A stretch of DNA of 64,000 nt from assembly GCA_963169045.1 (NCBI GenBank), contig CAUJDF010000075.1, forward strand, positions 98,434-162,433, written 5' to 3'. Of this stretch, positions 54,827 through 63,832 are shown piece by piece (position 1 is the first letter of the stretch; every line of letters begins with the position of its first letter). The translations under genes and the position numbers were made by a program. The notes below the pieces were generated by a model. It did no database searches. It was not told the origin of the DNA and was given only the letters and a program-made list of their open reading frames with translations. Source of the stretch: Myxococcota bacterium. Its GTDB lineage: Bacteria > Myxococcota_A > Bradymonadia > UBA7976 > UBA1532.

Positions 54827-56515
54827 TCAATCGACCGGTTCGTCCGGGGCGTGCAGCACCTGCTCGACGAGGCCGCGCGGGCCGCGCCGGACCAGGGCGA
54901 CGAGGGCGAGCGCGCCGAGCGCGACGGCGCACGCGACGGCGAACGGGCCGCCCGCCGCGATCGGCGGCGTCGTCGGCAGCGCCTGGACCACGACGCCGGC
55001 GACCACGGCCACGGCGACCACCGTGGCGCCGTACGCCGCCGCGGCGCGCCCGCCGTACAGGGCAGCGACGCCCCGCAGCACGCGCCACGCGGCGACGGGG
55101 GCCACCACGAGCCACGCCGCCGCCGCGCCCGGCGCGAGCCCCGCCGCCACCAGCGCCGCCACCGCTGGCGCGAGCCCCGCCACGGACATCCAGAGCGTCA
55201 GGCCGAGCGCCGCCGCCAGCGCGATGCTCGCCGGCGCCCCGAGCGTGGGCAGCGCCACCTCGTGCCGTCCGAGCAGCGCCGCCAGGCAGAACCCCACCAG
55301 GATCCAGGGGATGGCGTGCTCCGTGGCCGCGAACAGGCCGGCACGGAAGCCGGACGGGCCGTGCGCGTGGGAGTGGGGGTCCGCCGCGGCGGGCGCGCGC
55401 CGCGCCAGCGCGCCCGCGGCGACGGCGGCGGCGAGCGTCGCGACGACCGCCGCGGCGACGCGGGCGCCGCCCACCGCCGGCCCGAGCATCGCCAGGGACA
55501 CGAGCACCCCGTCGAGCGCGAGGGCCGGCATGGCGGCCAGCATCGCGAGCGTCGCCGCCGGCGCGGCGCCCTCCGCGGCCTCCCGGCGGCAGGTCGGCAG
55601 CGCGGAGCCGGCCATCGCCGAGCCCGCGACCCCGCGGACCAGGCCGGACCCCGGGCCGCCGGGTCGTCCCGCGGCGCGCCACCGCGCGAGCAGCCCCGCG
55701 CCCACGATGCCGGCGACGATCCACGGCGCGGTCGCGAGCGCCTGCTCGATCAGATGGACGCCGAGCCCGTGGTCGCCGTGCTCGGCCTCGGTGACCTCGA
55801 GGAAGGCCAGCAGGCCGACGGCGAAGAGCGCGCCGAGCGCGCCGCCGATCTGGAGGCCGCCGGCCTCGGCGACGTCGTGTCGGTGGTGGTGCGCGTCGTC
55901 GTCGTGGGCCTCGACGGGGACGCCGGCGGGGTGGTGCAGCAGGATGTGCAGGAGCGACCCGGCGACGAACGCCTGGAACGTGCCGAGGGCCCCCTGCGGC
56001 AGCGCGCGCAGGTTGTTCTCGCCGATCGCGAAGCCGAGCACGGTCGCCGCCGCCACCAGCAGCAGCAGCCCCACGGCCCAGCGCGGCCCCTGCCACGGGC
56101 GCACGATGAGCCAGATGGCCAGGCCGTCGGGCACGCGGTGGAAGATCACGCCGAGCGCCAGCAGCTCGTCGGCGCCTTCGCCGTGCCCGGCCAGCGCCGC
56201 GCCGTCCATGAGGGCGTGCAGCGCGAGGCCGCCGAGCGCGCCGAGCAGCACGAGACGCGCGCCGGGCGACGCCTCGGCGGCGCGCAGGCGCTTCTCGACG
56301 AGGCCGGGCAGCACGAAGCCGACGACCGAGGCGAGCACGGCCCAGGCGCCGGCCTGCTCGACCGCGTGGGGCAGCACGTGGAGCGCCATCAGGCCGCCGA
56401 CGGCGACCAGCGCGAAGCCGTCGAGCGCCGCCAGCACCGACCGGTGGCCGCCCACGAGGCCCGCCACCGCGGGCCCCGCCCCCAGCGCCAGCAGGCTCGC
56501 GAGCAGCTCGAGCAT
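54827..56515 (-). CDS. Polytopic membrane protein: ZIP-family (ZupT-like) metal transporter domain with a His-rich loop, fused to an extra ~300-aa permease-like domain
   Basis: LHALMDGAALAG and FHRVPDGLAIWL match the ZIP H-x3-(D/E)-G motifs. HDDDAHHHRHD is a His-rich loop. More than 14 predicted TM helices over 562 aa. Confidence 0.75.
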   Translation of the reverse strand: MLELLASLLALGAGPAVAGLVGGHRSVLAALDGFALVAVGGLMALHVLPHAVEQAGAWAVLASVVGFVLPGLVEKRLRAAEASPGARLVLLGALGGLALHALMDGAALAGHGEGADELLALGVIFHRVPDGLAIWLIVRPWQGPRWAVGLLLLVAAATVLGFAIGENNLRALPQGALGTFQAFVAGSLLHILLHHPAGVPVEAHDDDAHHHRHDVAEAGGLQIGGALGALFAVGLLAFLEVTEAEHGDHGLGVHLIEQALATAPWIVAGIVGAGLLARWRAAGRPGGPGSGLVRGVAGSAMAGSALPTCRREAAEGAAPAATLAMLAAMPALALDGVLVSLAMLGPAVGGARVAAAVVATLAAAVAAGALARRAPAAADPHSHAHGPSGFRAGLFAATEHAIPWILVGFCLAALLGRHEVALPTLGAPASIALAAALGLTLWMSVAGLAPAVAALVAAGLAPGAAAAWLVVAPVAAWRVLRGVAALYGGRAAAAYGATVVAVAVVAGVVVQALPTTPPIAAGGPFAVACAVALGALALVALVRRGPRGLVEQVLHAPDEPVD

Positions 56516-56678
56516 TCGCCCCCCGAGGTCGAAAGGGGCCGCAGGGTAGAGGCGAGCGTCCCGCGATACAAGCTGCGCCGCTCTTCGGCGCGCCCGATTT
56601 CGCGGGGGACACGACAGACGCTATCCAACGACCGGCCTTTGCCCGTAGAGTCTCGCCTTCGGTGGGGAGGACGTCTCG

Positions 56679-58787
56679 ATGGGCGGTCTGATGAACGCGT
56701 GGAAGTGCTTGAAGTCCCTCGCGATCCCGGCGATCGCGGCCGCGGCCCTGACGGCCTGCGGCGGCGACGACGGCGACGGGTCGGGCGGGGCCGGCGGCGC
56801 CGGCGCCGCCGGCGGCGAAGGCGGCGCCGGTGGCATGGGCGGCATGGGCGGCGCCGGCGGCGAAGGCGGCGCTGGTGGCGTGGGCGGCGCCGGCGGCGAA
56901 GGCGGCGCCGGTGGCATGGGCGGCGCCGGCGGCCAGGGCGGCGGCCCGCAGGGCGAGTGCGGCGACGACGTGACGGTCATCGACTTCAACGCCGAGGCGA
57001 CGCCCGACGGCGCGGCGCTCGCGTATGCCGGCGAGACCGGCACCAGAGACGTGTTCGCGGCCAGCTGCTCCGGTGAGACCGAGGGCTCCGAGGCCGTGCT
57101 GCGCTTCAGCGCGCCCGAGGCGGGCTTCTGGGTCTTCTCGACGGCCGGCGTCGGCTTCGACTCGATCCTGTACGCGCTCGGCGACTGCAACGACGGCTTC
57201 ACCGAGCTGGCCTGCAACGACGACATCGCCCAGGACGACCTCAGCAGCCGCATCCTCCTCGAGCTCGAGGCCGACGAGACGGTCTACCTGTTCGTCGACC
57301 AGCTGCGCGGCACGTCGGCGACGCCGTTCCGCGTGACGGCGGAGCGCATCGACGCCGAGCCGCCGGTGATCAGCGAGTTCGAAGCCTTCTTCAACCCCGC
57401 GTTCTCGTCGGTGGGCATCTCCGCCACCGCGACCGACGCCGACGGGGACATCACGCGGTTCCGCTTCGGCATGATCGACACCGAGGGCATGCCGATCCCG
57501 CTCACCCAGGCGAGCGACGAGTTCGAGGCCGGCTTCGACGAGGTCGACTTCTTCACCCTCACGCAGAACGGCGACGGCACCTACGCCGTCGAGGGCACGG
57601 TCGTCTTCGATGCCCTGCCGCCCGTCGGCCAGCTGACGCTCGCGCTCGGCGACGCGAACGGCCTGTGGGGCGAGACGGCCACCGCCGCGGTGATGGCGCC
57701 GACGACCGAGCGCGCCGCGGGCGAGGCCTGCGACGGCGGACGCGCCCGCGACCTCTGCGCGGCGGGCACGGCCTGCGTCGACCGCGACGAGGACGACGCC
57801 TTCACCTGCGAGGTGGCCACCGCGCCCGTGCTCGGCGAGAGCAGCGCCTCGGTCAACGGCGACGAGGGCACCGTCGGCCTGCACCTCGTCGGCACCGACG
57901 CGGAGAGCGACGTGGCCTTCGTCAAGCTCACCGCCCTCGATGCCGGGGGCGCCGAGATCCCGTTCGGCGCCGAGCCCGGGCCGTCCTCGATCGGCTTCTA
58001 CCGGCTGCGCCAGGCCGAGGGCGCGTTCGACGGTATCGTGTCCTTCTTCGCTTTCTTCCAGAGCTGCCTCGACCGCGCGCAGGCGCAGTTCGACGAGTGC
58101 ATGGACGACGAGGAGACGTGCGTCGACGCCGCGAACGCGACGCTCGACGCGTGCAACGTGGAGACGGCGGGCCGGATCGCGACCCTGCGTGTCGTCACGG
58201 TCGACGACGCGCTCCTCGAGTCGGCGGCGGTGGATCTCGCGGTCGGGCCGACGCCCGCGGCCGAGGCCGGCGGCATCTGCGAGCCGCTCGGCGCCATCGC
58301 GTCCTGCCCCGAGGGCACGGCGTGCGGCGACCTGCAGGGCGGCGACGTGTTCGAGACCTGCGTCGCGCCGGTGACGGCGTGCGCCGAGGTCTGGGGCGCC
58401 ATCGAGCTGACGGCGGAGGGCGACGCGTTCGTCCACACGGGCGACAGCACGGGGGCCGAGAATCACGGCGGCGCCGGCAGCTGCGGCGGCGGCGGCCCCA
58501 ACGTGGTGCACCGCTTCACGGCGCCGGAGTCGGGCACCTACCACGCCGAGGTCACGGGCATCCCCGAGGACGGCGACTCGCTGCTCTTCGTGCGGAGCCA
58601 CTGCGGGTTCGCCGGCGCGGCGTTCGAGCTGGCGTGCAACGACGACATCGACACCCAGGGCGGCGAGCTCAACAGCGCCGTCGACTTCGAGCTCGAGGCG
58701 GGCGCCGAGGCGTTCCTGTTCGTCGACGGGTACGACGGCGCCTTCGAGGGCCCGTACACGCTGACCGTCACCCGCACCGACGACTGA
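56679..58787 (+). CDS. Lipoprotein with a (GGAGGxGG)n linker and two homologous domains ending in a ...ACNDDI... motif
   Basis: ATG at 56679 with a GGGGAGG RBS. LTAC lipobox. The two domains read FTELACNDDIAQDDLSSRILLELEADETVYLFVD and FELACNDDIDTQGGELNSAVDFELEAGAEAFLFVD. Confidence 0.8.
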   Translation: MGGLMNAWKCLKSLAIPAIAAAALTACGGDDGDGSGGAGGAGAAGGEGGAGGMGGMGGAGGEGGAGGVGGAGGEGGAGGMGGAGGQGGGPQGECGDDVTVIDFNAEATPDGAALAYAGETGTRDVFAASCSGETEGSEAVLRFSAPEAGFWVFSTAGVGFDSILYALGDCNDGFTELACNDDIAQDDLSSRILLELEADETVYLFVDQLRGTSATPFRVTAERIDAEPPVISEFEAFFNPAFSSVGISATATDADGDITRFRFGMIDTEGMPIPLTQASDEFEAGFDEVDFFTLTQNGDGTYAVEGTVVFDALPPVGQLTLALGDANGLWGETATAAVMAPTTERAAGEACDGGRARDLCAAGTACVDRDEDDAFTCEVATAPVLGESSASVNGDEGTVGLHLVGTDAESDVAFVKLTALDAGGAEIPFGAEPGPSSIGFYRLRQAEGAFDGIVSFFAFFQSCLDRAQAQFDECMDDEETCVDAANATLDACNVETAGRIATLRVVTVDDALLESAAVDLAVGPTPAAEAGGICEPLGAIASCPEGTACGDLQGGDVFETCVAPVTACAEVWGAIELTAEGDAFVHTGDSTGAENHGGAGSCGGGGPNVVHRFTAPESGTYHAEVTGIPEDGDSLLFVRSHCGFAGAAFELACNDDIDTQGGELNSAVDFELEAGAEAFLFVDGYDGAFEGPYTLTVTRTDD

Positions 58788-58797
58788 GGAGCGCGCC

Positions 58798-60141
58798 ATG
58801 AAGGTCTGGACGGCGCTGGCGCTGCTCGCGCTCGCCGGCTGCGGCGGCGAGGGGGGCGGGAACGACGGGGCGGCCGGCGGGGCGGGCGGCGCGGGCGGCA
58901 GCGTCGCGCCGGCGCCCGACGCGGCGGGCGGTGGCGGAGGCGGCGGCGACGCACCGGACGCGGCGCTCGAGGCCGCGGTCACCGGCCTGCGGCTCGGTCC
59001 TGCGGAGCTCACGCTGAAGCGCGGCGCGGAGGCACGGCTCGTCGTGACCGCCCTGCGCGACGACGGCAGCGAGGTCGACGTCACCGACCAGGCCGCCTTC
59101 GAGACCTCGAACGCCGACGTGGCGACGGTCGCCGCGGGCGGCGCGGTGACGGTCCTGCGCGGCGGCGCCGTCACCCTCACCGCCCGTGTCGGCGAGCACA
59201 CGGCGACGCTCGAAACGCGGGCGGCGTGCGACTACCCGCGCTTCGCCAGCGCCATCCGCTACGGCAGCGTGATGCCGCCCCTCTTCTGGCAGGGCGCCTT
59301 CCACCGCGACGGCGCGCCCTTCGACTTCCGCCTCGAGGACGTGCACTGCGACGTGGCCTGGAAGGACACCAAGGTGGTGTTCTTCATCGTGAGCGCCGGC
59401 TGGTGCGCGCCGTGCACCGTCTACGCGCAGCGCCTCCGCCCCGACGCCGCGGCGATCGAGGCGGCGGGCGGCCTGATCGTGTTCCTCGAGGCCGAGACCG
59501 AGGACTTCGGCCCCGCCGACAACGCGTACGCGCAGCGCCACATCGATCACATCATCGGCGACGCCTATGGCATCCGGCTCGGCGACGACGAGGCGCAGCC
59601 GCGCCGCAACTGGCTGCACGCGCAGCCGATCGTGACCGGCTTCCCGACGGTGATCGCGGTGCGCACCCGCGACATGCAGGTGATCACCGACAGCAACCAC
59701 AGTCAGTACTATCTGCCGCTCGAGCAGATCGCCGCCGATCCCGAGGCGGACTGGTCGAACCCGGGCCCGCCGCCGTTCAGCAACCACTGCGCGCCCGGCG
59801 ACGAGGAGGCGAGCGAGCCCAACGACGCCGTCGCCCAGGCGGCGCCGCTGACGCCCGGCGAGATCGGCGCCGGCATCTGCAACGAGAGCCCCGACTTCTA
59901 TCGCATCGACGTCGCCGGCGAGTGGCGGGTGACCGTCGACTTCGATCATGATGTCGGGGACATCGACGTCTTCGCATGGAACGAAGCCATCAACCAGCCC
60001 CTCCAGGTCGGGCAGAACCTCGTCGGCAGCAACGGCACGGGCGACCGGGAGACGTTCGCCTGGCGCGGGCCGACGACCATCGCCGTCATCGGCTACCAGG
60101 GCGCCAGCGCGCCCTACCGGCTGACGCTCGAGGCGCAGTGA
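58798..60141 (+). CDS. Lipoprotein with a Big_2 domain, a thioredoxin-fold domain (WCAPC) and a C-terminal PPC-like domain
   Basis: ATG at 58798 with a GAGGAG RBS. ALLALAGC lipobox. CxxC motif in KVVFFIVSAGWCAPCTVYAQRL. It begins 10 nt after the upstream stop. Confidence 0.8.
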   Translation: MKVWTALALLALAGCGGEGGGNDGAAGGAGGAGGSVAPAPDAAGGGGGGGDAPDAALEAAVTGLRLGPAELTLKRGAEARLVVTALRDDGSEVDVTDQAAFETSNADVATVAAGGAVTVLRGGAVTLTARVGEHTATLETRAACDYPRFASAIRYGSVMPPLFWQGAFHRDGAPFDFRLEDVHCDVAWKDTKVVFFIVSAGWCAPCTVYAQRLRPDAAAIEAAGGLIVFLEAETEDFGPADNAYAQRHIDHIIGDAYGIRLGDDEAQPRRNWLHAQPIVTGFPTVIAVRTRDMQVITDSNHSQYYLPLEQIAADPEADWSNPGPPPFSNHCAPGDEEASEPNDAVAQAAPLTPGEIGAGICNESPDFYRIDVAGEWRVTVDFDHDVGDIDVFAWNEAINQPLQVGQNLVGSNGTGDRETFAWRGPTTIAVIGYQGASAPYRLTLEAQ

Positions 60142-61208
60142 GGCGGCTCGCGGCGGCGGCCCTCCTGCTGTGGGGCTGCGGGGGCGGGGCGGGGGACGAC
60201 GCCGACGCGTCCCCCGCGACCGACACGGGCGGCCGACCCGCGGACGCCGCCTCCGCGCCCGCCGACGCCGCGCCCGCCGACGCCGCGCCCGACGCGACGG
60301 CGGCCGACGCGACGCCCGACACCGACGCGCTGCCGCCGCCGGTCGACGAGGACGTCGACTGGACGCCGGCCACGCCCGCCGCCCTGCACGCCGACATCCC
60401 GGGCGCGCCCACCGACCGGCCCGCCGCCTGCGGCGACCGCTGGGTCTCGGTCGTCCGCGGCTGGGTGGCGGCGCCGGGGGGCGCCCCCGTCCCCGGCGCC
60501 AAGGCCCAGTTCTGCGTGCACACGGTGCCCGGCGACGTCCTGGTCTGCCTGCGCCCCGCGACCGCCGGCGACGACGGCGTCTTCACCGTCGAGGTGCCCG
60601 AGAACACCCGGTGCATGAGCCGCGCCGCGCTGCGCGTGCTGCTGCCGGGGACGGGCAAGGCGACGACCTACTGCTCGGTGCCGCTGCCCGAAGGCGAGGC
60701 GGTGGTGCGGCTCGAGGCGCCGTACGTCGTGTTCCAGACCCGGCCGGCGGTGTCGCTGCCGCCCGCGGGCGACGACGCGGCCACGCGTCCCATCGCGTTC
60801 GACGACGGCCTCGTGATCGACTTCACGCCCGAAGCCTTCTACAGCGGTGGCGGCGACTACGCCGAGCTCGGCGGCCGCCGCGTGCCGGTCTCGGCGCGCG
60901 GCCTCTGCTTCCTCGAGGGCCAGCCCGCGCCCGACGGTCTGTACGCTTTCTTCCCGGAGGGCAGCTTCAGCGGCAGCGGCGCGCCCGTGCACATCCCGAA
61001 CGCGACCGGCCTGCCCGCCGGCGCGCGCGTCGAGCTGAACGTACTCGGCGGCCTCGACTGCCGCCGGCCCGACGGCCGCATCATCCCCGAGGCGTCCTGG
61101 GAGGCCATCGGCACGGGCACCGTGAGCGAGGACGGCGCCCGCATCGACAGCGATCCGGGCGTGGGGCTGCCCTGCCTGACCTGGCTCGGTTACCGGAGGG
61201 CCGAGTGA
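60138..61208 (+). CDS. Hypothetical lipoprotein (beta-rich)
   Basis: GTG at 60138 overlaps the upstream TGA (GTGA). VRRLAAAALLLWGC lipobox; 356 aa. Confidence 0.65.
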   Translation: MRRLAAAALLLWGCGGGAGDDADASPATDTGGRPADAASAPADAAPADAAPDATAADATPDTDALPPPVDEDVDWTPATPAALHADIPGAPTDRPAACGDRWVSVVRGWVAAPGGAPVPGAKAQFCVHTVPGDVLVCLRPATAGDDGVFTVEVPENTRCMSRAALRVLLPGTGKATTYCSVPLPEGEAVVRLEAPYVVFQTRPAVSLPPAGDDAATRPIAFDDGLVIDFTPEAFYSGGGDYAELGGRRVPVSARGLCFLEGQPAPDGLYAFFPEGSFSGSGAPVHIPNATGLPAGARVELNVLGGLDCRRPDGRIIPEASWEAIGTGTVSEDGARIDSDPGVGLPCLTWLGYRRAE

Positions 61209-61810
61209 GACACCTGTGTCTCCTGCTGGCGCTGCTGGGGTGCGACGCCTACACCGAGAAGCGCGAGCGCGGGGCGCCTGCCGACGCGGGGACGCCCGGC
61301 GACGGCGCCGCCCCGGAGGCCTGCGTCGACGTCCGCGCGGGCTACCCCGCGGGGCCCTACGGCGAGGGCGAGGGCGACGTGATCGCGAACCTCGCCTTCA
61401 CCGACGCCGAGGGCGCGCCGCTCGACCTCGCCGCATTGCACGCGCCCTGCGCGAACCGTCTGTTGCTCGTCAGCACCTCGGCGGGCTGGTGCACCGCCTG
61501 CCGCGAGGAGCAGCCCAAGCTGCGCCAGCTCCATCAAGACTTCCGGGGCGACGGCCTCGTGGTGATGGTGGCCTACTTCGAGGACGACAACTACGAGCCG
61601 GGCACCGTCGAGCTCGCCGCCGGCTGGCGCGACCGCTACGACCTCTCGTTCCCGGTGGTGCTCGACGCATCCTTCGCGTTCGGCGACTACTACGACCGCG
61701 AGCTGACGCCCATGACCATGCTCGTCGACCTCGAGACGATGGAGATCGTCAAGATCATGACCGGTTACGACGACTCGGTCGTCCGGTCCCTCCTCGGAGC
61801 GCGACTGTGA
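61205..61810 (+). CDS. Thioredoxin-fold lipoprotein (TlpA/AhpC-TSA-like; WCTAC)
   Basis: GTG at 61205 overlaps the upstream TGA. VRHLCLLLALLGC lipobox. CxxC motif in NRLLLVSTSAGWCTACREEQPKL. Confidence 0.7.
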   Translation: MRHLCLLLALLGCDAYTEKRERGAPADAGTPGDGAAPEACVDVRAGYPAGPYGEGEGDVIANLAFTDAEGAPLDLAALHAPCANRLLLVSTSAGWCTACREEQPKLRQLHQDFRGDGLVVMVAYFEDDNYEPGTVELAAGWRDRYDLSFPVVLDASFAFGDYYDRELTPMTMLVDLETMEIVKIMTGYDDSVVRSLLGARL

Positions 61811-62316
61811 TGCTGCGTGCCATCGCCCTGTGTGTGTCGCTGCTCGCCGCCCCCGCGCTCGCGGACGACGCCCCGCGCCCGCCGGTGTCCGACTTCGGCC
61901 TGCGCGCGCTCGGCGGCGAGCGGGTGAAGCTGTCGGGCCACGCCGGCAAGGTGGTGCTCGTGGCCTTCTGGGCCACGTGGTGCAACCCGTGCAAGCAGGA
62001 GCTCGCCTTCCTCGACGAGCTCGCGAAGAAGTACGCCGACCACGGGCTCGTGGTGCTGGCGATCAACACCGACGCGCCGAAGAGCCAGGCCGAGGTGCGG
62101 CGCTTCGTGAACGCGCGCGGCCTGTCGCTGCCCGTCCTGCTCGATCCCGAGGGCGAAGTGGCGGGCCGCCTCAACCCCCGCGCGTCGATGCCCTTCACGA
62201 TCTACGTCGACCGCGCCGGACGCCGCGCCTACGAGCACGAGGGCTTCACCCCCGATGAGCCGGCGAAGATCGAGGCGCGCGTCGCGGCGCTGCTCAAAGA
62301 GGCCGCGCCCCGGTGA
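61807..62316 (+). CDS. Periplasmic TlpA-like thiol:disulfide oxidoreductase (WCNPC)
   Basis: GTGATG at 61807/61810 overlaps the upstream TGA. MLRAIALCVSLLAAPALA signal peptide. Motif GKVVLVAFWATWCNPCKQELAFLDEL, typical of ResA/TlpA. Confidence 0.85.
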   Translation: MMLRAIALCVSLLAAPALADDAPRPPVSDFGLRALGGERVKLSGHAGKVVLVAFWATWCNPCKQELAFLDELAKKYADHGLVVLAINTDAPKSQAEVRRFVNARGLSLPVLLDPEGEVAGRLNPRASMPFTIYVDRAGRRAYEHEGFTPDEPAKIEARVAALLKEAAPR

Positions 62317-63809
62317 CGAAGGCCGCGTTCCTGCTGCTCCTCCCGGCGACCGCGGCCGCCCAGGACGCCGCCTTTCGCTTCGACGAGCGCCTCACGCTCG
62401 AGGCCCGCGGCGACAACGGCAACCGCCACGACGACGACGACGATTACGGCGCGGTCATCCAGCGCCTCACCCTCAGCGGCGACGCCGACCGGCTGAGCGT
62501 CGGCACCGATGTGGACTTCGACGCGTTCGTGAATGCGCCGTCGGACGCCTTCGAGAACGACGTCCGCCTCGAGCGCGTCCGCATCGCCTACGCCGCCGAC
62601 GCCTGGAAGCTCGAGCTGTGGGACTTCCACCGCCAGCTGGGCCGCGGAATCATCCTGTCGCTGCGCAAGGTGGACGAGCTCGGCGAGGACGTGACGCTGC
62701 GCGGCGGCGACATCTCCCTGACCCTCGAAGACCACGAGGCCGACTTCTTCGCCGGCCGCACCAATGCCAGCAACCTCGACGCCGTCTCCCGGCAGCACCT
62801 CGACGACCCCGAAGATCTGATCGTCGGTGGGTCCTATGCCTTCCGCGGTCTGTCGTCGCTCACCGTCGGCGTGCACGGCCTGCACGTGCGCGTGAACGAG
62901 AGCCTCGTCCCCGAGGCGGGGCAGGATCACAGCGCCGCCCTCGGGGGCTTCGTCGAGACGCCGGCGCTCGGCGACGTGCTCGCGCTCTACGTCGAGGTGG
63001 ACTGGCAGGGCAGGCACGTGGCCGGCAACGGCACCCAGGCCAAGGCGGCCTATGCCACCGTCGACGTGGCGCTCGGGCCCGTGAGCCTGCTCGCCGAGGG
63101 GCTGCTGCTCGACGACTTCTTCGTGCGCGGAAGCCCGAACACCGCGCTCCGCAAGCCGTTCGACTACGCGGCCCCGCCCACGCTCGAGCGCATCGACCAG
63201 GAAGTCATCGACAACACGAACACCCGCGGCGGTCGCCTCAAGGCGTCGCTGGCGCTCTTCGGCGGCGACCTCGTCCTCTACGGCAATGGCATGCGGCGCC
63301 AGAACGACCCCGACACCGACGCGCAGCTCGACCAGACGCACGTCTACGCCGGCTTCGAGTCGACGTGGGGCGCCGGCCGTCTGAACGCCAGCGGGGGCTT
63401 TCGCCGCGAGGAGCAGGGCGGCGAGCAGGTCAAGGCCATGACCCACGCCGAGGGGGACTGGCTGCAGCCGGTCGGCGCCGGCTACGCCGTGCACCTGGCC
63501 GTCAACCACGAGTGGCGCACGCTCGAGACGAACGACTACCTCCGCGGCACGTCGCTGCTCGGCGTCGAGAAGGGTGGCCTCGGATCGGTCACCGCGGAGC
63601 TCGGCTACGACACGCAGGATGACGCCGACGAGGTGCGTCAGGTCTTCGTGGCGGGCCATGTGTCGTGGGAGGTCTCGCGCGTTCTGACGTTGCGCGCGCT
63701 CGGCGGCAGTCAGCGCGGCGGTCTGAAGTGTGTCGCCGGGGTGTGTCGCGACTTCCCGGCGTTCACCGGAGGCCGCCTCGAGGTCCTGGCCCGCGGCGAT
63801 CTGCTCTGA
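62313..63809 (+). CDS. Outer-membrane-type (beta-barrel-like) protein with a signal peptide
   Basis: GTG at 62313 overlaps the upstream TGA. MTKAAFLLLLPATAAAQ signal peptide. It has alternating amphipathic beta-strand patterns with conserved Gly/aromatic residues near the C-terminus. 498 aa. Confidence 0.65.
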   Translation: MTKAAFLLLLPATAAAQDAAFRFDERLTLEARGDNGNRHDDDDDYGAVIQRLTLSGDADRLSVGTDVDFDAFVNAPSDAFENDVRLERVRIAYAADAWKLELWDFHRQLGRGIILSLRKVDELGEDVTLRGGDISLTLEDHEADFFAGRTNASNLDAVSRQHLDDPEDLIVGGSYAFRGLSSLTVGVHGLHVRVNESLVPEAGQDHSAALGGFVETPALGDVLALYVEVDWQGRHVAGNGTQAKAAYATVDVALGPVSLLAEGLLLDDFFVRGSPNTALRKPFDYAAPPTLERIDQEVIDNTNTRGGRLKASLALFGGDLVLYGNGMRRQNDPDTDAQLDQTHVYAGFESTWGAGRLNASGGFRREEQGGEQVKAMTHAEGDWLQPVGAGYAVHLAVNHEWRTLETNDYLRGTSLLGVEKGGLGSVTAELGYDTQDDADEVRQVFVAGHVSWEVSRVLTLRALGGSQRGGLKCVAGVCRDFPAFTGGRLEVLARGDLL

Positions 63810-63810
63810 C

Positions 63811-63830
63811 GCGCGCCCGGGCGCGCGGCG
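63811..63830. terminator. GC palindrome / hairpin between two convergent genes
   Basis: gcgcgcccgggcgcgc, a perfect 16-nt palindrome lying directly between the stops at 63809 (+) and 63833 (-). Confidence 0.4.
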
Positions 63831-63832
63831 GT

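Noticed and set aside
53944-55794. 616-aa + ORF across the DUF2071 and ZIP loci
   Set aside because: Out of frame with DUF2071 and antisense to the ZIP transporter. Extreme Arg/Pro/Ala composition.
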